Below, piece by piece: positions 55,655 through 64,000 of a stretch of 64,000 nt of DNA (positions are counted from its first letter, which is position 1; each line of letters opens with the position of its first letter). The notes under the pieces are model-generated. The model was not told where the DNA came from. It did no database searches and worked only from the letters and a program-made list of their open reading frames with translations. The translations under genes were made by a program, and so were the position numbers. Source of the stretch: Eledone cirrhosa (Eukaryota); NCBI GenBank assembly GCA_964016885.1, contig OZ024749.1:33852001-33916000 (forward strand), given 5' to 3'.

Positions 55655-55845
55655 AATTGTTTCTACTTTTAGCACAAGGCCAGCAATTATCCCAGTGTAA
55701 TACTGGTACTTTATTCTATCGACCCCGTAAGGATGAAAGGCAAAGTTAACCTCGGCAGGATTTGAACTCAGACCATAAAGGGCCGTAACTCTTTGCTGAA
55801 AAGCATGGCGTTCGACCCTCTACCGATACTGCCAATCCACCGCCC
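55655..55845 (-). mobile_element. Major-family SINE
   Basis: Consensus match; diverged SINE tails on both sides. Confidence 0.85.
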
Positions 55846-56226
55846 TATCGTTCCAATAATAGTTTCTGATTTAGGCACAAGGCCAACAATTTTTGTGGGG
55901 CGATAAAATTCGACTAAATCGACCCCATTCTTTCTTTCCCATTTCCTTAACATGTTCAACATCACATTATTTTCTCTCCAACATTTTATACCAATACAAA
56001 TTCCCCCCTTAGATAATGCATAACATGCTGAAACCGGTAATAGACAATTATTAAATATATAAATAAATAAATAAATAAATGCCATTGTTAATTAATAAAT
56101 AAATTAACTAATACCTTAACACATCACACAAAGTAAAATATTTTGTTTTAAACATTTTCTAACCCAGAAAAAAGAGAAAAATATATATTTTTCTTCCTAA
56201 TAATTTCTTCCTATTTTCATATCATA

Positions 56227-56278
<52 letters not shown>

Positions 56279-56584
56279 TTTTCCATTTATTACTATTCTT
56301 AATATATATATATATTAACAATAGTAATAAATGGAAAATATCACAATAGCATCATATTTATTTTATTATACATATTTCAAGGATATTAAATTATAGTATG
56401 CTTTCATCACATAAAATACAATATTTGAAGTATAAGATAGTGACATACCCAATGTAAGTTGAGCGTTGAGGTCTATATCTTTTAAACTGTAGAGTGCTTA
56501 ATATCTGTTATGAACATAACTCTGTTGAATACTTATCAACAAAGCATATAACTCATTGTTTATATATATATATATATACACACA

Positions 56585-56695
56585 CAGGATGTCTCCCAAA
56601 ATATATACACATTTCAACAGCATTCTAATAAACATTGCCTGTACAGGTAATCAAATTGAATATACATCTTTTGGGGGGACATCGGGGGACATCTA
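56585..56695. mobile_element. Tc1/mariner-like MITE
   Basis: TIR-like caggatgtctcccaaaa / ttttggggggacatc, next to TA repeats. Confidence 0.5.
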
Positions 56696-56696
56696 G

Positions 56697-56760
<64 letters not shown>

Positions 56761-56878
56761 TATTATGTTTTACACTAATATATAATGTATGTATATATGT
56801 ATATATATATATGTGTGTGTGTGTGTGTATACACACACACATTATGTGTTACACATAATATATAATGTATATATAATG

Positions 56879-56959
<81 letters not shown>

Positions 56960-57068
56960 AACTCTACACCTCATCACAGAAGTGAGCCTAAACATCGAGT
57001 GCTCTCCCGGGTGAACCTGCAGTAACTCCTAGTTACACCCCCTGGATATATATATATATATATATATA

Positions 57069-57245
57069 ATATAGATGAGATTCTACAGGACTAGAACTGT
57101 TTCATTCTTTAGAAATCATCAGGAATTTCTAAAGAATGAAACAGTTCTAGTCCTGTAGAATCTCATCTATATTAAAACTTTTATACTCTGCAATGTATTG
57201 AGTACCTTACTTACTGTGGTTACCTCCGATTCAACCCGGAATAAC

Positions 57246-57247
<2 letters not shown>
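57069..57247. repeat. Fold-back element with minus-strand HHR-like core
   Basis: Minus CTGATGA-tttctaaagaat-GAAAC; arms 57069-57116 and 57125-57172. Confidence 0.75.
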
Positions 57248-57287
<40 letters not shown>

Positions 57288-57319
57288 AGTAAGTATGTTT
57301 TGAAACAATGAGCGAGTTT

Positions 57320-57530
57320 GAAATTAGAAAATATATAGCTTCCACCGTATTTTTGACTAAAGGAATTTTAGCTTGATAACGGGGTTTAGAACCCTCAGAT
57401 AAATGGAAAAAGATGAGTATTGACGTACATGTACGTCAATACTCATCTTTTTCCATTTATCTGAGGGTTCTAAACCCCGTTATCAAGCTAAAATTCCTTT
57501 AGTCAAAAATACGGTGAAAGCTATATATTC

Positions 57531-57536
<6 letters not shown>
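57320..57536. repeat. ~105-bp-arm palindrome next to (TA)n
   Basis: Centre tgacgtacatgtacgtca (~57428). Confidence 0.9.
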
Positions 57537-57575
<39 letters not shown>

Positions 57576-58531
57576 ATACATATGTATATAAGATGAAAGG
57601 CAATGTTCTATTTTAACCTAATTCCGCCATGCTATGCTACTTGTTTTTCATTACAACTGATTGCAGAAAAACACAACAACAGCAACAACAATAATAATAA
57701 AAATAATAACAAAAACAACAACAGCAACAACAATAATAATAAAAAAGTAATGATAAAAACAACAACAGCAACAACAACAACAAATGAAATAATGACAGCA
57801 ACAACAATAACAACAACAACAGCAGCCGCAACAACAATAATAACACAGCAGCAGCAGAAACAACAACAACAACAACAATATAGACAGAAGCGGCAGCAGC
57901 AACAACAACAACAACAACAGCAGTAGCAAACGTATGAAGAGAGGAAAAGAGAGAGGGGGGGGAAGAGTGAGAGAGGGCAAGGGAGAGAGGGGGGGGTAGA
58001 GATGAAGATGAAGATGGAGGTTAGGTAATGTGCGAGAGAGGAAGTGAGAGAGAGAGAGTGAGAGAGAGGAAGAGAGGTGGACGAAAGAGAGTGGAGTGGG
58101 GTTGGGTGTAAGATAATGTGAGAGAGAGAAGGTAGAGAGGGAAATGAGGGCTGGAGGTTAGGTAATATGAGAGAGGCGAAGTGAGTGAGATATGTTGAGT
58201 GAGAGAGAGAAGAGCAGAAAGAGGAAGTGAGATTAATGAACAAAATGAACAAAATGAACAAAAACAAAAGAAAGAAAGAATGAAAAGAAAGAAAGAAAGA
58301 AAGAAAAAAGAAAGAGAGAAAGAAAATAAGAAAGAAAGACAAGAAAGAAAGGAAGGAAAGAAAGAAAGAAAGAAAGAGGAGAAAAAGATGAAACAAACGC
58401 AAAGAATTAATTATGTCTAAAATAAAATATTTGTTATAGTGATATGTCTTACATCTCTATTGATATAAATGGTGTATATATCATACTCTAGGGCAGTTGT
58501 GTGTATGATATGTGGGGGTGCCTGTCATACT

Positions 58532-58614
<83 letters not shown>

Positions 58615-58840
58615 GTATATACATATATATATAAATATATATATATATATATGACGGCGATGAATTTGTTTTGCGAGGTTTTTGATATGAAATCGTGTGT
58701 CGAAACAAATATTTGTTATACTTGGGGAGGGTCATATTGTTGTAATAATATTGCCAGAAATAATAACAGAACACACTCACTGTTTGGTTGGTGTTCGCTT
58801 CTATATCTTTTATATCAGTTATTATGACCCTCCCAAGTAT

Positions 58841-58878
<38 letters not shown>

Positions 58879-58880
<2 letters not shown>

Positions 58881-59025
58881 CGAAGGAAATGTGGTAAGGA
58901 ACCAGGTGGACCATAACGCACCAAAGTACTCAATACTTAGGGTAGTAGAGTGGGTAATAGGAACGAGTAGGACCAGAATTAGCCGTCGAAACGGCTTGAG
59001 CTCAGCCGTCGGGGTCCTACTCGTT

Positions 59026-59027
<2 letters not shown>
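58879..59027. mobile_element. Family A inverted pair
   Basis: Minus copy joined to ccagaattagccgtcGAAA...TCggggtc; both arms share the cctactcgttcc variant. Confidence 0.8.
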
Positions 59028-59086
<59 letters not shown>

Positions 59087-59151
59087 ATTATTATTATTTT
59101 TATATGGGTTCCTAGTGTCCGTGCATTGCCTGGGAACTTAGCTGAGAATAG

Positions 59152-59233
59152 ACTCCCTGATGACGTAAGGTATTCTCTATAGTTATCTTACGTAACTATA
59201 TTTATCCCCTTACAGAAACTAATTAGTTGGAGT
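59152..59233 (+). ncRNA. Type I hammerhead ribozyme motif
   Basis: actcc-CTGATGA-cgtaagg...ccttaca-GAAA-ctaattag-TT-ggagt; perfect stem I, palindromic CTAATTAG. Confidence 0.85.
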
Positions 59234-59289
59234 GAAAATTTTAGTAAGTAAGTTAATTTTTAATTTTTAAAATTTTCTTATTTTACGTC

Positions 59290-59328
<39 letters not shown>

Positions 59329-59433
59329 GAATATTATAGATAATGTAGCTAAAACTAGTCATACAAATATAAAAGATTTCCATGACGCAACAACTTTGGG
59401 CAGGACTGTTTCTGAAACGACTGTAATGCAATG

Positions 59434-59491
<58 letters not shown>

Positions 59492-59789
59492 ATATATATA
59501 TAATTCGTTTTTGAATTTGTTTTGCGAGATTTCTTATCTGAAAATGTGTGTTGAAACAGATATTGTTATACTTGGGGAGGGTCATGTTGCCAATAAAAAC
59601 ACACGCACCCACTGATTTTCACTTCAATTTATTATAATGGACGAAAGGGAGTGAAGTGGATCTGGGTGTAAGGTAATGTAAGAGAGAGGAAGGGAGAGAG
59701 AGAGATGGACGGTAGAGAGGGAAATCAATGCGCAGGTTAGGTAATGGTGTAGGACAGAACAAAGGAGAGACACACAAAATAAAAACCTA

Positions 59790-59832
59790 GTCACTGAGGA
59801 GGTCACAGAATGTGTGACGAAAGAGCTTTGTC
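59790..59832 (+). ncRNA. HHR-like motif
   Basis: gtca-CTGAGGA-ggtcaca(gaatg)tgtgac-GAAA-gagc-TT-tgtc. Confidence 0.6.
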
Positions 59833-61043
59833 AATATATAAACAACCCTCCGGTTATCGAACCAACCAACCAACCAACCAATCAACCAACCAACTGGAAA
59901 CTTATAATAAATTGAAGTGAAAACCAACAGGTGCGTGTGTTTTTATTGACAACATGACCCTCCCAAAGTATAACAATATATATATATATCAACCACAGCT
60001 ACGGACTTGGCCAATCCGTGCAAGCATGGACGAACGGACCTAATACTGTCACTTTAACACATAATTTATGGTGGATACAAACACTGCTCAAATATTTCAG
60101 TTGATTTGAAAAAGTAAAACTTGTTTGTTTTTCTATAATACATTTTCACCAATGTTTTCGCGCAGAATTAATTAACTGAGATATATAGACCGGGTCAGCC
60201 CGTCACTCTTCTTTCTATATCATCTTTTACCTCTCTATCCTCTTCCACCTCCCCCTGCACTTCATCTTCTACCTCCTTCTCGCCATAGGATCGTAATCTA
60301 TCACCGATAGATATTTCCAGCATTTTCTTTTTTTTGTGTGGGAACGGGTAGAATTAAATATTTCTACCCCAAGTTAAAATATAATCCATACAAAGGTAAT
60401 CAAATAAAGGGCTTAAGTGGGGATTTCGTTATCATTTTTTTATCAAAACCTTGAAGATAATTTTAATTCAATTCAGTATACTCCATCGTTCTCTTTCGAA
60501 AGGATCATAGAAGTAGAAGAAAGTTGAAAAAATAAAATGTCTTCGTATTCGGAAGAGTGAGCTGAAAAATCCGTTTGGACAGAAAAATCTACCCTGATTT
60601 ACTCAATTAATACAGAAACCTAAAGACTTTATACGTTCTAATGTGTTATTTTTCTTGCTATGGGTGATACTATATTTTAGTCACGATCTATGTATGAATC
60701 AGATGATAATATTTCACCTGTGTATTTGCCAGGGGAACAATGGAGAACATTCAGTGCATTAATACATATTCAGGGCTAATATTATATTAGCTGATCAATT
60801 CAGTGAATGGTCGATAATGGTGGATCAATTGAAAGAGCAACCAGAATAAATAGCATGCAGCACCCAGGTCAATAGGAAAACAAAACAAAATAAAAATAAA
60901 AAAGAGAAAGTAATGGTTTTCATTCAAGATGGCGACTGGTTGGTGCTCATTTAACTCATTTACATAACATTGTCGTGTATTCCTTCAAACATGGTATTAC
61001 CGCAGCTTATAACAACACGCACATACATATACACATGCACACG

Positions 61044-61084
<41 letters not shown>

Positions 61085-62089
61085 TGCCCCCTCGTTACAC
61101 ACATCCTCTCTTGCTATAGAAAAAATCAGCTATAATCAAACCTGGAGAGAGTGGGGCGCCGCCAGGTTTAAAAAGCCTAAGTAACGCCATAACTCACGAC
61201 GGTGGCTCTACGACTTTACAGAAATTTATGGAAACAGTGACTGTGCCAGTGGCTTTTTATCCTGGAGTTTAATGAGTATATTGTGACAGAAAAGTCAGTG
61301 TAGTGAAAATAAATACCTTACAATATCAAATTGCAAACTCTCTGAACAGTGAGTTCAAATATCACTGGGTATCAACTTTGCAAGAGGTCTAAATAATATT
61401 TTCAACTCAAGTACAGGTATCCAAATAATTGACTACATCTTCGCCTAGAAAATCTGTATCACCGTTCTTTAGTTAGGAATCAATATCTAAAAAAGTGCAT
61501 CTTTTTACATCGTTCTCTAATCAACTTTATCTTCAAATTTTCCGGGGTTATGTTCAGAGCCGAATTTAGGACAAATGAGGCCCTGTTCTAGTTAAGTTGG
61601 GCCCTGAAGGAGGCAAAGGAATTTTTTTGGCAGGAAGATGCCCATCACCGGCCCTGTACTTAAGCACACCTAAGCAAAATGGTAAATCCGGCAATGGTTG
61701 TGTTATAGTCTCCCACATTCACAAGCGTTTTAAAGCTATTTCCAACCGCTAGAGCAGTGGTTAGAGATGAAGCTCCAAGGCAGTAAGTGCTTTTCGAGGC
61801 AATGGTTTACAACCGACGCCCTTTCTGACGCTAAGTCTATAAGATGTGTCTTATGACATAAAGGGATACAATGCGATGAGGCGGTTCTACACCGGGCACA
61901 CACGAGTCTCCATACACCCATACTAAAAACCAATATTAATGTAGCTCTATGTTTAGCGTTCGAATTCCATCAATATCGTCTTTGTTTTTAATCATTCCTG
62001 CTAAAACTCAAACTAACACCGATTTCAGGTTAATAATGGAGAACTCTATCATTCTCGAGAATTATCATAATTGATTATTATTACTAAGG

Positions 62090-63095
62090 CGGGGGTTTGG
62101 CATAGCCATTAGAGCATCGTGCGAAATCTTATAGAGCTATTTGTTCTGGCTCCTTACGTTCTGATTTCAAATCTAACGGATGTCATCTTTACCTTTCCTT
62201 CTTCCAGGGTCAATAAGATATTGTTAACGACCTATCCTCATCCTTCTTCACAATTGCTGATCTTGTGCCAATATTGGTATGGTATGGTATGGAGCCATAA
62301 CTCCTGAGGAGTCTTAGGGGCGCCATATTGACATACAATGTTTCTATGGCATTTTTAAAACCTGGCGGAGCCCATCTCCTCTTCAGATTTCTTCCAGAGA
62401 AGGATAGTGAGAGTGAGAGAAAGGAAGTGAGAAAGAGATTGGTAGAAGGAATCGACCCCAGTACTTGACTGGTACTTTTTTTATAGACCATAAATGGACG
62501 AAATGCAAAGGTGAACTCGACGGTATTATGAACTCAGAGAGCAGAGCACCGAAATGAATACTACAAAGCATTCTATCCCACGTTCTAATGACTCTGGCAA
62601 TTCGCCGCCTAGGTGCCAATATCAGAAATCATTATTAAGATGGTCAATTACTAAAATTGTTAGAGCGTCGAACATAATACATTTATGGTATTTAGTTACA
62701 TCTTATTAAGTTCTCAGTTCAAACGCCATCAAGATTAACTTTGCTTTTCATCCTGCTCAGGTCGATAAAACAGAATATCAATCAAGTACGGTAATCAATT
62801 AATCCACTTCCGACAACCACCCACCCATATTGCTGGCCTTGTGCCAAAATTAGAAATCATTATTATTGTAGCTGTTAGGGCGGTGGATTGGCAGTATCGG
62901 TAGAGGGTCGGACACCATGCTTTGTAACTTAGAGTTACGGTCCTTTATAATTTGGGTTCAAATCCCGCCGAGGTTAACTTTGCCTTTCATCCTTACGGGA
63001 TCGATAAAATAAAGTACCAGTCACGCACTGGGGTCGATTTAATTGACTTTCCCCTCCCCCGAAATTGCTGGCCTTGTGCCTATATAAGAAACCAT
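62090..63095. mobile_element. SINE cluster: three diverged copies (+,-,+) and one young copy at 62878-63095 (+)
   Basis: B box, core and tail matches. Confidence 0.75.
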
Positions 63096-64000
63096 TATTA
63101 TTGTAGCTGTTTGTTTTGTTCTTGTCATTTATTTTGTGGGGGTGGGGTTGCAATCAAGTGTCTTATTATTTCATATTTTCCTTCTCCGTGTTTTTCTTTT
63201 CTTTTAATTCTTTTTAAACTCTATCATCAGCGTTACTATCGTCGTCATCATTATAACTACCATTATCATCATTATCGTCATCATTATCATTATCATTATC
63301 ATTATCATCATCATTATCATCATTATCGTCATCATTATCATTATCATCATCATCCTCATCATCATCATCATCTTCAACATTTTCTGTTAGGAAACATTTC
63401 TGATATTTCCTCAATTTCGTCATAGTCGTTTGTTTCAGTGCCAAAAACAATCTAACATTAAACAAAACGACTCTAAAAACATTGTTTCTGTGCGCAATCT
63501 TATAGCTTCTTCTAGCTTCACTAAACTAATTGCCGACTATTTCTACCACTACTTTTCTTTATTTTTTTATTCAACACAATATTTCTACTTGCTTTACGCA
63601 AGTTCGTTTAAAAATAAAAATAGTTATTTTCATTTCATTTTCCCAAACTAAGATCATGGTTATAAGGTTGATAGGAAAGTAGGTTTTGGCTAATTGTGAA
63701 AATTTAAAAATATCCCATGCAAGCATAGATGTGAAATAAGTAACGAATATATCATCTTACCCAAAAGTAATGCCAAGAGCCTAATTGACAGTGCGAAATA
63801 AGCAGTTATATTTTCAAATAACCTGTTCCATGTCATTTTATCGTAACATAAAAACACGTCAGTTAGCTACGAATTTTCATAACCCCTTCGTTACTATATT
63901 TCTAATGAAGGACACTGTGAATAGTATTCAAATAATTTTGAAAACAAGAATTTTAATGGATTTAGTCAGACGCACTTCCCATTATTAACCATTTCCTTAC

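Overview
AT-rich, microsatellite-saturated eukaryotic non-coding DNA. The SINE and repeat content looks like an octopod cephalopod genome (inference). No intact host gene is supportable, and nearly all ORFs in the track are translations of (TA)n, (CA)n, (GATA)n or trinucleotide repeats. Recognisable elements: about 30 copies of a tRNA-derived SINE (one tandem array), a CORE-like SINE with a 12-bp TSD, 5'-truncated Tx1/L1 copies mostly sitting in (TATC)n, two RTE 3' fragments, a Penelope-like (PLE) GIY-YIG remnant, small Tc1/mariner-like MITEs and three minisatellites. The main signal is a dense set of about 17 type I hammerhead-ribozyme (HHR) loci from several unrelated short element families, nearly all abutting (TA)n and often with palindromic stem III. 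They frequently occur as head-to-head palindromes whose apex or junction falls at ribozyme landmarks (stem II loop, just 5' of CUGA, or the predicted cleavage site). Some are accompanied by inverted or direct re-copies of neighbouring host DNA. This suggests a (TA)n-targeted PLE/retrozyme-like system that makes fold-back duplications. All folds and alignments were done by eye.
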